Virus record (IMG/VR): IMGVR_UViG_3300032087_001678
Coordinates: 1 to 53,974 of that record
Strand: one strand, 5' to 3'
DNA from: a virus
Taxonomy: Duplodnaviria; Caudoviricetes
DNA: 53,974 nucleotides
In this document: piece after piece, positions 18,905 to 28,027 of the stretch
Layout of the letters: every line of letters starts with the position of its first letter
How positions within the stretch are numbered: the stretch's first letter is position 1
Notes under the pieces: model-generated
Seen by the model: the letters and a program-made list of their open reading frames with translations, nothing else
Told to the model about the DNA's origin: nothing
Databases searched by the model: none
Made by a program: the position numbers and the translations under genes

Positions 18905-19876
18905 CTATGGCTTGACCCTTCCGTCAGCATAAGCCTGATCAATTTCTTTCTCAAGCTTTCTAAATTCTTTGTCAGAAAGTTTACCAATTTCTTGGGCAGT
19001 CCATATTCTTTTACTACTACCTACATTTTGTTTCCTGGCTTTAGAGAGTGAAGGTTCAACATTTTGTTTAGCCTTTTCTACTAATTCCTCTTTGGAAACT
19101 TTTTTGGAAACCAGACCTAAATCATTTTTATACTTTGATAAGAGAGCTATTACATCTTGAGCATCACCTTCAGATGCAGCATTACGCCACATTCTTGATT
19201 GTCTTTCTAGCCATATAGTGAAATCATCACTAGACGACACAGATTTCCAATCGGGATGCACATCAGCTATAGCTGCATAATGCTTCCTATCTGCTTCTTC
19301 TTTCTGAGAATCAAGAACTTTTTGTGTAGCTTGTTGCACTTTTTGATCAACAGATGCGATGCGAGCATCAACATATTTTTGAAGTGGTTTAACAATCTCT
19401 GGGTAATCTTTCATAATCTCACCAAGGTCAATATTCACCTCTTCTTTCTGCTGTTCAATCCGAGCCTCAGACTTCATTACTTCCATAGCTTTGATTTTAT
19501 TATCCATCTCAGCTATTTTAGATTCGAGTTCTTTCTCTCTCTGGGTAGCCTTGGTCATTCGTGCCTGAGCATTCTTATACCTTTCTTCCCACTGTTCGGC
19601 AGATAACAAACCCTTATCGGATTTAGTTTCTTCTTCCTGAACCTCTTCTACATTCTGATCAGACGCTTCTTCAGTTTCCTGAGATTCATCGGGTGAAGCT
19701 TCCACATCTTCGACAACTTCTTCAGGGGTGTCTTCGACTTCAGCCTCTTCGGTAGCTAACCCTTTGGCTTCTGGTTCAGATTCCTGTTGAGAGTCTTGAA
19801 TTTGTTTCAACATCTCATCAGCTTCTTTTTCAAGCTTTTCGGCGATTAACTCGCCTTTAGTTTTTTCTCTTTCCAT
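18905..19876 (-). CDS. capsid scaffolding protein
   Basis: Acidic coiled coil between portal and capsid; C-terminal EIDQAYADGRV. Confidence 0.8.
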   Translation of the reverse strand: MEREKTKGELIAEKLEKEADEMLKQIQDSQQESEPEAKGLATEEAEVEDTPEEVVEDVEASPDESQETEEASDQNVEEVQEEETKSDKGLLSAEQWEERYKNAQARMTKATQREKELESKIAEMDNKIKAMEVMKSEARIEQQKEEVNIDLGEIMKDYPEIVKPLQKYVDARIASVDQKVQQATQKVLDSQKEEADRKHYAAIADVHPDWKSVSSSDDFTIWLERQSRMWRNAASEGDAQDVIALLSKYKNDLGLVSKKVSKEELVEKAKQNVEPSLSKARKQNVGSSKRIWTAQEIGKLSDKEFRKLEKEIDQAYADGRVKP

Positions 19877-19911
19877 TTTAACGGTCCTCGTTTGGGGGGT
19901 GTCGATTAAAA

Positions 19912-20181
19912 TTATTTATATATGTTAGGTGTATCCCTACGGGAGCCTAACGAGTTGATTACTTTGTCAGCAATCTCGTCTAAAGATACTATAAACTTAA
20001 GAATGTCGCAACGCCCTTGACTAAAGCGGTAGTTGTCCGTTATTTCCAACTGGTCCCGCTCCATTTGGCGTAGGGACTCCATTTCTTCCATCAGGACCGA
20101 CCATTCCGTCCCCATTTGGGACTTGATCAACTTGACCGCCTTGCTGGCTGGCAATGATAGCTTGTTGTAATGCTTGCTCAT
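19912..20181 (-). CDS. small post-portal protein (overlaps portal 3' end)
   Basis: YRFSQGR motif typical of small post-portal proteins; start position uncertain. Confidence 0.6.
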   Translation of the reverse strand: MSKHYNKLSLPASKAVKLIKSQMGTEWSVLMEEMESLRQMERDQLEITDNYRFSQGRCDILKFIVSLDEIADKVINSLGSRRDTPNIYK

Positions 20182-22024
20182 CCATTAACTCCTTTTGTGA
20201 TTTAATTACTTCTTCTGGATCAATATCTAAGGACTTAGCAATATCAGTTAATAGTTTTTCTCTATCAACCATTTGTGCATCCATTGGATTATTGATCAGC
20301 GATAGGAACTGTAGCAATCTTTGTGATTGTACTTCCTTCTGTATCAGGGCTGTGGATCCTTTTGCAACTATACGCATATCTGACTTAACATTTTCATTTT
20401 CATTCCATGTCATGTTCCAGTCATACAGTGAGCGTATCATTGGTTGGGTAAGGTAGTCATCAATGTTTTTGATAACTGATTTTAAGACTATGTTTGCATT
20501 ACTCATCAAAATAGAAATACCTGTAGCAGTTCTATTCAATGAGCTTTGTGTTTGTCCGTGGGTATAGGACGGTAGTGCCGTAGTCTCATCGGCAAATCTT
20601 CTAAATAATTCAATAACAGATACAAGTGCTGGAGAATTTGACTGAGGTTGATAAAAACGAACCATAGGCTGATTACCATCACCGCCCTCTCTCAAGAATA
20701 CTCGCCAAGGGTAAAGCTCTGTTGGATCTTCACCAGATGCCATGATGTCTGTATTAACTTCCACCATAGGACCAGATGATAACGCAACATTATCCAAATA
20801 TATTCTTGTAGCTGCATTCATAGTGGCTTGAGAATCTCTCATCATTCTAGGTACGCCAGTACCCCAGAAAGCGTGAGGATTCTTCTCGTAAGGAAATATG
20901 AAATAAGGTATTATGCCACCAGGTAAAGGATTAAGTTGTGCCTTAATAACCTTACCAGCAACTATCCATACATTTGCATGATACTCTTGTGAGAGATCAT
21001 CTTCCTCGCCAAATTCAACGCCAGCGTCTTGTAAATCGTATCCGTTGAGAGAACCCCAGTATTCCATAACTTCAAACTTACCTGTTTGGGTAGATCTGTC
21101 ATTAACATTAGCAATCTCTCTTCTGTCTTTTTCGTGTTGAGCTTCATCGTGATTTCCGTCTGGATTCATTTCTATGCACTCTTCTATAATCTCAGCATTG
21201 AATCCTGGATAATCTTTTAAATCTCTAAACTCTTGTCTTGAAATAATATGTCTTCTAAATAAATCTCTTAGGTCATCCATGCTAGTAGCATGAGGATCAG
21301 GATATAAATCAAATACTGATACAGCCTCCATTTCGGGGAATGCACTTTCTTCGTATATTAAATTAAAGCCTTCTTCTCCTTTAACCCACTTATGATCTCT
21401 GTCAACTTTAAGAGTTCCAGCTTTCATAGCACCAGTACCAAAGATAACTTGCTCCATAATGGCATCTTTCATTTTGCCTTCTAGGTTGCTTTCTATAGCT
21501 TGGTCAAGAATAGCTTCTTCCATATTCTCAACTCTACGCTTTGTTTCCTCTTGAATCTCTTCTTTTAATTCTTCTAATCTAGCCATGATTAAATCATCAA
21601 CTAAACCAGGGTCCACTACTTCGGCAGCTTGCATAATTTCTAATGCAGCTCTTTCGGTAAGTTCTTGTTCTACTAGGGGTTGTTTAGAAACTGGGGTTGC
21701 TTCGATTGAAAAGAATTTTTGACCTGGTTGAAATAATAAATCCGTTATTCTAGAGAATGCTGCGAGTACCTTGGTTCGGGTTAGACCAACATAGACTTGT
21801 GATCTATCGCCTTTTGATTGAATCTTGGCAAGAACCTCAGGATCGTATTGACCCATGAACGCTCTTAGATCTTCAATCCAGTCATCCTCAATATCATCAC
21901 GGGCATCTTTGTATTCTGTGTACTTGGATTCAAGTATATGTCCGAGTGAATTTAATTCCTGTAGTTCTTCTTCTGTGGCATCTACTGCTGCTGTTATGCC
22001 TTCGGGTCCTAGTTCTTTACTCAT
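20021..22024 (-). CDS. portal protein
   Basis: 667 aa directly after terL; FGTGAMK, DLYPDP and FWGTGVPRMMRDSQ motifs. Confidence 0.88.
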   Translation of the reverse strand: MSKELGPEGITAAVDATEEELQELNSLGHILESKYTEYKDARDDIEDDWIEDLRAFMGQYDPEVLAKIQSKGDRSQVYVGLTRTKVLAAFSRITDLLFQPGQKFFSIEATPVSKQPLVEQELTERAALEIMQAAEVVDPGLVDDLIMARLEELKEEIQEETKRRVENMEEAILDQAIESNLEGKMKDAIMEQVIFGTGAMKAGTLKVDRDHKWVKGEEGFNLIYEESAFPEMEAVSVFDLYPDPHATSMDDLRDLFRRHIISRQEFRDLKDYPGFNAEIIEECIEMNPDGNHDEAQHEKDRREIANVNDRSTQTGKFEVMEYWGSLNGYDLQDAGVEFGEEDDLSQEYHANVWIVAGKVIKAQLNPLPGGIIPYFIFPYEKNPHAFWGTGVPRMMRDSQATMNAATRIYLDNVALSSGPMVEVNTDIMASGEDPTELYPWRVFLREGGDGNQPMVRFYQPQSNSPALVSVIELFRRFADETTALPSYTHGQTQSSLNRTATGISILMSNANIVLKSVIKNIDDYLTQPMIRSLYDWNMTWNENENVKSDMRIVAKGSTALIQKEVQSQRLLQFLSLINNPMDAQMVDREKLLTDIAKSLDIDPEEVIKSQKELMDEQALQQAIIASQQGGQVDQVPNGDGMVGPDGRNGVPTPNGAGPVGNNGQLPL

Positions 22025-22030
22025 ATCTTT

Positions 22031-23605
22031 TTAAAAAAATTGTTTCTTTACTCGCCTAAAGTTTTGTCTATGTTTTCTTGGCATACTGTTCAATCCAAAT
22101 AAAGCTATAGCGTATGCCATTATTTTATCATCAAAACACCCATGTTGGGCATTTGTGATTCCTCTAGCGTCTACGACATAAGTTCGCAGCTCATCTATTA
22201 GCTCCATATCTACTATACCACTTTCTCCCTGGCGTAGTAAGTGTACTAAGTTATCAATAATTAAAGGTTTTGTCTTGCTTGTGGTTAAAAAACCTGCACG
22301 GCGGGTTAGGCGGTCTACATACGCATCATCCACACTTTGCTCAACATAGAGATTCGGATAATTTAATTCTTGTATTTTTCTGATGGTTGTCAGTCCGTGA
22401 TTGTTTCTTTCAATCAATGTCCAGGCTTTGTTATAGAAGTGTCCGATCTTGGCAACTATGTAGGCGAGGTCAAACGGGTCCACATGACCAGACCAGGTCG
22501 CAACTTGATTGCCCATATGATCTAGCACCTGGATGCAAGAGTAGTCGCCATGCTCCAAGCCCTCCGAAACATCAACGCCAATACAGTATCTTAGAGAATC
22601 CTTTGGATTCTCGAAAATTTTTAGGAGCCCTTTTTCATGTGGCACGAACTCACTCTCACGCACATCGTATCGGGAAATCGGGGTAAAGCATTCTACAGCT
22701 GCTTGATCTATAAACTTCGGCTCAACAAATAATCTACCTGTTGTTAAAAAAGCTTCCTGCGGGGTAGACGGGTACTCTTGTCTAAATAGATCTTCGCCAC
22801 CAAGCTCCTGGATTTTTAAACGCCTAAACATTATCTGCTCATCATCCAGATTAAACATAGTCTTAATATCTTCTTCTTCACGCTCTAATTCAAAGTAGGG
22901 GTCAACCTTCCTGCGGTAATCGGACATCATATACCAAGGTATAAAACATAGATCCCACTCACCTTCACCACGCAGGGATCGCATACACGCATCATAGAAC
23001 CAACCACCTGCTCCATTCGCCGTAGATTCTAATAATATTTCTGACTCTGCTTCTGGAACGGTCTGAAGTAGCCCTGGAATGATATCGGCATTTGGGTAAA
23101 AGGCTACCTCAGAACCATGTAAATAATTAGTTGTCCATCCTCTCCCGACTTCACCAGTTCTCGCTGTAGCGATTCTCCACCTTGATCCGTGGGTAAAAGC
23201 CATAGAATTGCTAGTAGATTCTTTAAGATCAGGGGTCACTAATGGGTGGGGTAAATTATCATAGAAGTTTCTAACCATTCCAAAGATAGCTTTTGTGGAT
23301 TCATTAAGGTGCGATACTACTACCGCATTCTGGTTTTGTGCAGTTACGGTCTTCCAAAATCCCCGTGCCTGGCAATAAGTAGATATACCTGTCTGCCTGG
23401 ACTTTAATATAAGCATTCTAACCCTACCATGTTTCTGCATTTGGTCGTTAATCTGCTTATCTAGCAATAACTGTGCTTCGTTAAAATTAAAATCTATTAA
23501 TTTACCTTGTTTATCTATGATTTTTAGACAATGTTTAGCGTATTGTCTGAGATCCGTTTTAAAGGTTTTTATAATTTTTTGTATTTTAGATTTTTCAGAT
23601 TGCAT
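22031..23605 (-). CDS. terL: terminase large subunit
   Basis: Walker A-like LKSRQTGIST, HGSEVAF, LESTANG; nuclease GVDVSEG...DYS and FDDKIMA. Confidence 0.95.
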   Translation of the reverse strand: MQSEKSKIQKIIKTFKTDLRQYAKHCLKIIDKQGKLIDFNFNEAQLLLDKQINDQMQKHGRVRMLILKSRQTGISTYCQARGFWKTVTAQNQNAVVVSHLNESTKAIFGMVRNFYDNLPHPLVTPDLKESTSNSMAFTHGSRWRIATARTGEVGRGWTTNYLHGSEVAFYPNADIIPGLLQTVPEAESEILLESTANGAGGWFYDACMRSLRGEGEWDLCFIPWYMMSDYRRKVDPYFELEREEEDIKTMFNLDDEQIMFRRLKIQELGGEDLFRQEYPSTPQEAFLTTGRLFVEPKFIDQAAVECFTPISRYDVRESEFVPHEKGLLKIFENPKDSLRYCIGVDVSEGLEHGDYSCIQVLDHMGNQVATWSGHVDPFDLAYIVAKIGHFYNKAWTLIERNNHGLTTIRKIQELNYPNLYVEQSVDDAYVDRLTRRAGFLTTSKTKPLIIDNLVHLLRQGESGIVDMELIDELRTYVVDARGITNAQHGCFDDKIMAYAIALFGLNSMPRKHRQNFRRVKKQFF

Positions 23606-23743
23606 TTGTAAAATTACATACCCCCCATAGGTCCATAGGGGGATATGGGTATATATGTATATGAGGTACCCAGCCCAGCACTCCCCGCCCCTTTATTTAT
23701 AAGGCTTTCAGCGATGGTCATTATTGGATTGATCCAGTATCAC

Positions 23744-24154
23744 CTAATTAAGGTGATCCTCTTTATTGTCAAATTCTAAGGTTTCAAACCAAGAATCTTT
23801 CATTGAAACTTCAAGCTTCTGAGAACTATCGATCATCTGATAATATTTCATCAAGAGCTCTAGAGCCTTTACACGGCTGCCTGCGGTATGACCTGCTACT
23901 TTGCCTAAGGCTTCGTCTTTGAGCTGCTCTATGATGCTGTCATGGTCTCTCAGATTGCGTTCTTTTGACTCAGCTAACTCAACTGCAAGCATTTCGCAAA
24001 CTTCATCATCACTCATCAATCTGTAGCCCTGATTGTAAGCCGATTTCTCAGAGTAGCCACACCGTTTAGCAGCTTCAGTAGCGTTCTTGCATACCAAGAA
24101 ATGCTGTACAAATTCTTCCTTTCTTTGTCTCATTGTCTTGTCTTTGATTGCCAT
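23744..24154 (-). CDS. terS: terminase small subunit
   Basis: NATEAAKRCGYSEKSAY..GYRL HTH and KALELL motif. Confidence 0.9.
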   Translation of the reverse strand: MAIKDKTMRQRKEEFVQHFLVCKNATEAAKRCGYSEKSAYNQGYRLMSDDEVCEMLAVELAESKERNLRDHDSIIEQLKDEALGKVAGHTAGSRVKALELLMKYYQMIDSSQKLEVSMKDSWFETLEFDNKEDHLN

Positions 24155-24156
24155 AA

Positions 24157-24669
24157 TTAATCCTCGTTATGTTTAGCTATAAGTTTACACCATTTGACCA
24201 GATCTTTTAACTCCATCGTGTACTTCATCATATTACAAGCAAGGCACACTAGAGCTATGTTTCCTTCTACATATCCTTGGTTGTTATCAATCCGATCTAT
24301 AGAGATATTAGACAGGTGATAACCTGTACCATCTTTGATGTGAGTCATAGCTATACCAGTGTATAGACAGAGTCCTTTCTGATGATCATAAAGCTTGTGT
24401 AGATACTCCTTGTCTATGTTGAAGTCGTGTGTCTTCTTCCTTCTATGTGATAGCTGATTGTATAGGTTGTTTGTATAAGCGTATGGGCTTTCGCTCATTC
24501 TTTTTCTTTTCCCCGATTGACGGCAGGAGCGGCATTGTCTAGCTCTATATCCTTTAGTTATTTCAAAGCGGGTTATGTCCTTGCGTATATTGCAAGTTTT
24601 ACAGACTCTAGACTTAGGACCAGTCGTATGGGGTTGAGTCTTTGATTTCGATCTCGAAGCTTTCGACAT
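24157..24669 (-). CDS. Zn-finger HNH-like endonuclease
   Basis: Two CxxC pairs; SIDRIDNNQGYVEGNIALVCLACNMMK. Confidence 0.75.
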   Translation of the reverse strand: MSKASRSKSKTQPHTTGPKSRVCKTCNIRKDITRFEITKGYRARQCRSCRQSGKRKRMSESPYAYTNNLYNQLSHRRKKTHDFNIDKEYLHKLYDHQKGLCLYTGIAMTHIKDGTGYHLSNISIDRIDNNQGYVEGNIALVCLACNMMKYTMELKDLVKWCKLIAKHNED

Positions 24670-25042
24670 CCTTTAAGACCTCCCTAAATTTAGCCATAGC
24701 ATTCTTGCTGGCAGAGACTGCTGGTTGACCAGCCATCAATGATGATCCAACAAGCAAGCATCCGTGGCTATCTTTCTCGGGGAAGTTTCCTACATGGAAT
24801 AGGATATAAGTTCTGTTTGGTACCTCTGTGACTTCGAAGGTTTCACCAAATCTTTTGCTAGTATATGCCTTGCAAGTATATACACCATTTGGAATGCAGC
24901 TGACCTCTTTTTTATTTCCCCGCCAAGGGCGTTCAGCGATCCAAAATACATGATCTTTAACGGTTAATTTGCCAAGGGTGGCTTCTGGTAAATAAGCAAA
25001 TCTCTCTAGTATTGCTTCGGGTTCTTTGTCTTTGAAAAACAT
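24614..25042 (-). CDS. DUF5675-family protein, candidate peptidoglycan enzyme
   Basis: TLGKL, SCIPNGVY, VPNRTYILFHVGN and DSHGCLLVG motifs. Confidence 0.75.
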   Translation of the reverse strand: MFFKDKEPEAILERFAYLPEATLGKLTVKDHVFWIAERPWRGNKKEVSCIPNGVYTCKAYTSKRFGETFEVTEVPNRTYILFHVGNFPEKDSHGCLLVGSSLMAGQPAVSASKNAMAKFREVLKDVESFEIEIKDSTPYDWS

Positions 25043-25045
25043 AAT

Positions 25046-25297
25046 TTATAAAACTAATGAGCTGCCAGCAATAATGACGATAACTGCCCAAGCGAAACGC
25101 TCCACCCAGCCAATATAGACATTTCCTTTCTGTTGATTTTGTTCAAGGGTTCTCAATCTAAATTCATGATCTTGCAGATCATCTTTCTGAGCGATCATAC
25201 GCTCTTCCAGTCTAGGAAGTATTGAGGTTAACTCATGAACCTCAGACATTTTCTTTTCAAGGTTCTCAAGTCTCATTTCTAATGCTTGTAGCTCCAT
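25046..25297 (-). CDS. XhlA/holin-like coiled-coil protein with C-terminal TM
   Basis: HEFRLRTLE followed by a C-terminal hydrophobic helix. Confidence 0.55.
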   Translation of the reverse strand: MELQALEMRLENLEKKMSEVHELTSILPRLEERMIAQKDDLQDHEFRLRTLEQNQQKGNVYIGWVERFAWAVIVIIAGSSLVL

Positions 25298-25382
25298 ACA
25301 ATTAATCTTTATGTAATGCCCTAAAGATATAGCATCTAAAAGAATATATCTACTGCATTGAAAAAAATATTTAAAAAAATGC

Positions 25383-25412
25383 TTGACACTATATATCGTA
25401 TGGCATTAATAT
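25383..25412 (+). promoter_or_regulatory. sigma70-type early promoter
   Basis: TTGACA-18 bp-TAATAT with upstream A-tracts (UP-like) and a downstream AAGGAGG RBS. Confidence 0.7.
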
Positions 25413-25452
25413 TGGAATCATTGTTTACATACACACACAAAAAGGAGGGAAT

Positions 25453-25869
25453 ATGAAACAATTATCAAAGCAAATGACCGTAGAAGAATGGGCTTCTACA
25501 TGGGCTGACAAAGAAACAAGAGACTACATCTTGAAGAATGAGAGAGATGAGGTGAGATACCACAACAATGGTAAATCAAGTTTTAATTCTTTGTCTTATC
25601 CTATCTACGATGGTGACTACTACTTCGCATTTATTGGTGACAGTGTAAGGGTGAATGCTAAGTACAATGCTCAAGCTAACAGAGAGCTTAGAAAACTTGC
25701 TAAGTCTTCTCTAAGCAATGATGATCTATTTGACAGAATGCAAGACTACTTTGAGATGCAGTTCAAGAATGTTGGATCAGGTGACTCAATGACTAGAGAA
25801 GAGCTATGGTTCGCAATTCTAGATATCAGAGATGTAAGCGTATGTGATGTTTGCGGAGGAGGTGCGTAA
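25453..25869 (+). CDS. early hypothetical protein
   Basis: Strong RBS; first gene of the early operon. Confidence 0.75.
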   Translation: MKQLSKQMTVEEWASTWADKETRDYILKNERDEVRYHNNGKSSFNSLSYPIYDGDYYFAFIGDSVRVNAKYNAQANRELRKLAKSSLSNDDLFDRMQDYFEMQFKNVGSGDSMTREELWFAILDIRDVSVCDVCGGGA

Positions 25870-26153
25870 TGTTTGAATATATCGTATTTGGAATCGTTGA
25901 TAACGCAGTCATGATCCTTGGGGCTATGACTGGATATGAAGTCGAGAAATTTTTACCTAAGCAATTTCAAAAAGGTTTAGGGGTAGTCTTTGGAGCTGGC
26001 ATAGGAAACGCTGTGTCAGACTTCATGGGTGGTGCTGGTACTGGGTCTTGGGACCTAGCCTTTGGCACCGCTCTTGGCTGCATCATAGGGCTGATATTTA
26101 TTCCGCTGTTTGTCATGATTGGCAAGCTCAGAGACAAAAGGAGGGTTAAATAA
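25869..26153 (+). CDS. TMEM65-like small membrane protein (94 aa from ATG 25869)
   Basis: FGIVDNAVMI, GIGNAVSDFMG and LGCIIGL motifs; three hydrophobic segments; TAATG coupling. Confidence 0.6.
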   Translation: MFEYIVFGIVDNAVMILGAMTGYEVEKFLPKQFQKGLGVVFGAGIGNAVSDFMGGAGTGSWDLAFGTALGCIIGLIFIPLFVMIGKLRDKRRVK

Positions 26154-26377
26154 TGTACGGCAGAAATGATATTGAAACTATGGAAAAAAAGTTAGTTGAT
26201 CAAGGCGTGACTGACTGGGATTATTTGGAGCATCTCTGGGCTATTGTCCAGAGAGCTTGGAACCCTGAAAGGGATTACAGTGCAATGCTTAAAAATATGT
26301 ACTACAAGAACTTACACGAAGGGGCTAAATTTCCGTTTTCATCTGTAATTAATAACACTACTGAAGAGCAACACTGA
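26153..26377 (+). CDS. early hypothetical protein
   Basis: TAATG coupled; stop codon lies in hammerhead loop II. Confidence 0.65.
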   Translation: MYGRNDIETMEKKLVDQGVTDWDYLEHLWAIVQRAWNPERDYSAMLKNMYYKNLHEGAKFPFSSVINNTTEEQH

Positions 26378-26420
26378 GAGGTGGCGAAACTCCCTTCGGG
26401 GAGTCTAGTGCGGGCAATTA
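26346..26420 (+). ncRNA. type I hammerhead ribozyme
   Basis: Stem I CACUA/UAGUG; core CUGAAGA; stem II GC(aa)CAC/GUGGC; GAAA; stem III ACUCCC-UUCG-GGGAGU; GUC cleavage triplet 26403-26405. Confidence 0.92.
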
Positions 26421-26448
26421 AGCCTAAACAAAATTCCTAGGAGGGAAT

Positions 26449-26577
26449 ATGAATTATAAAAAAGAAATAGCAAAAAGAGATAGGGCTACCTATATCACTT
26501 TTGCTTTAATTATGGCAACACCAGTTGTCTTATCAATTTGGTTAGCAATAGCCTTAACTAACGGAGGGCAATCATGA
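26449..26577 (+). CDS. 42-aa single-TM protein (not in ORF track)
   Basis: GGAGGG RBS; MNYKKEIAKRDRATYITFALIMATPVVLSIWLAIALTNGGQS; ATGA overlap with the next gene. Confidence 0.75.
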   Translation: MNYKKEIAKRDRATYITFALIMATPVVLSIWLAIALTNGGQS

Positions 26578-27101
26578 AAAAGAATGATTTTAATCTAGAT
26601 GCAATGCACCGTGATACATACGGTGAAGGCAACAGAGCCTATCAATTAAGAAAGGGTCATTGTGATCTATACAGTAAAGACGGCGTAGAGCTGTACTTTT
26701 CTTACGAAACTTTAGTAGCCTTCAAGGTTCCTAACTATCAGTTAGTATCCATTGAAAATTGCTGGGGTACTACAACAGGCAAACACCTTAACTGGATTGG
26801 TGAGCCTAAGGATGCAAGGTTGTCTTCTGGTGACTTTGAGAAAGTAGCTAAAGAATGTCTAGAGCCTTACGGGGTTCTAGATACTTCTGATCCTTCTGAT
26901 CCTATGAAAACTGTAGGCATGGTATCTGCTATGTTTGATCTACTATGTCAAGATGATAAGGAAGCCTCCCTTAAGTATAGAAAGCGTTTCTATGCTGCTG
27001 GTGGTCTTTCTTTTCCCCCCGATTGGGACGAGCTGCCAGCTGCTGAGAGAGCTGAGAGATTAGCCAAGGTTGATAATGTAGCACTCAAGGGGGTGGAATA
27101 A
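26574..27101 (+). CDS. early hypothetical protein
   Basis: RBS; YFSYETLVAF...WGTTTGKHLNWI motif common in phage early proteins. Confidence 0.7.
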   Translation: MKKNDFNLDAMHRDTYGEGNRAYQLRKGHCDLYSKDGVELYFSYETLVAFKVPNYQLVSIENCWGTTTGKHLNWIGEPKDARLSSGDFEKVAKECLEPYGVLDTSDPSDPMKTVGMVSAMFDLLCQDDKEASLKYRKRFYAAGGLSFPPDWDELPAAERAERLAKVDNVALKGVE

Positions 27102-27313
27102 TGGATAGCATTAATAAAATAGCTTTACCCGCTGAAAAGTGGGTTGAGCTCTACGCTAGACTTTCTGAATATGTTTTAGAGTATTCATCAATTGATCCAA
27201 TTTATAATGATGATGGCACCAAGACAGAAGAGAAGCAAGACGAGTTCTGCGATATTGTTGATAGCGTAGAAGAGATAATGAGAACAGTTTTAACCAAAGA
27301 GGTGCAATCATGA
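27101..27313 (+). CDS. hypothetical protein
   Basis: TAATG coupling. Confidence 0.65.
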   Translation: MDSINKIALPAEKWVELYARLSEYVLEYSSIDPIYNDDGTKTEEKQDEFCDIVDSVEEIMRTVLTKEVQS

Positions 27314-27585
27314 ATGAACTTAATGATAAAAATTTGCGTAACGACTTTTTAAATGCTCACAAGTATTTAGCTGAAGCTGATAGCTGGGATGAACTTCTCT
27401 GGGATTATTTTGACGGTGATGACATCTTTAATGGTGATGCTAAATCACTTAACCAAGGAGTAGCGAGGGGTATTAATTTATACCTCTGTGAGCCAGATAA
27501 ATATGAAGCTTATAATGAAGGCTGGACAATGGGATGCGGTTGGAGCATTCCAACGCTGGTCCAATATATTTCTAGGTGGGCATAA
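27310..27585 (+). CDS. hypothetical protein
   Basis: GAGG RBS; ATGA overlap. Confidence 0.65.
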   Translation: MNELNDKNLRNDFLNAHKYLAEADSWDELLWDYFDGDDIFNGDAKSLNQGVARGINLYLCEPDKYEAYNEGWTMGCGWSIPTLVQYISRWA

Positions 27586-27845
27586 TGAATAGCATTTATG
27601 AAAAAGCTTTAGAGGTTTTCAACTCTGGACTCTTCCTGCAAATGGAAGGGTCCTTTGGGAGATACTATGTCAACACCTTTATAGATTCAGGAATTATCAA
27701 AACCCTTGATGAAAAAGGATCGTTAATAACTGACGGCTACGGTAGAGAAGTCCAGCTGAAAAAATTTGTTATAGACAATGACAGAATTGATCAGCTTTGG
27801 ATGGATGAGCCAGACTTTATGGAGGATCTTGAAGGTGACTTGTAA
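27585..27845 (+). CDS. hypothetical protein
   Basis: TAATG-coupled ATG at 27585 within ORF 27576..27845. Confidence 0.6.
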   Translation: MNSIYEKALEVFNSGLFLQMEGSFGRYYVNTFIDSGIIKTLDEKGSLITDGYGREVQLKKFVIDNDRIDQLWMDEPDFMEDLEGDL

Positions 27846-27981
27846 AGATTGTGAAGGCAGATCTAGAGTCGTTGATGTGCGTAAATTTGTTGACGGCTCA
27901 GTAGTAAAACGCAGGCGGGAATGTCTGGAATGTAAGAGAAGATTTACAACTTACGAGGAGGAATACAAAAGAAAAAGTTAA
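27835..27981 (+). CDS. NrdR-N-like zinc-ribbon protein
   Basis: GTG start after GGAGG; CKDC...VVDVR...[17 protein letters not shown]. Confidence 0.8.
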   Translation: MTCKDCEGRSRVVDVRKFVDGSVVKRRRECLECKRRFTTYEEEYKRKS

Positions 27982-28000
27982 TACAAATAAAACAATTAAG

Positions 28001-28027
28001 AGCGGGGTTTTTACTCCGCTTTTTTTT
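28001..28027 (+). terminator. Rho-independent terminator of the early operon
   Basis: AGCGGGGT-TTTT-ACTCCGCT followed by T7. Confidence 0.88.

Noticed and set aside
26390-26403. CTCCC-TTCG-GGGAG as a terminator
   Set aside because: No U-tract follows; it is stem III of the hammerhead ribozyme.
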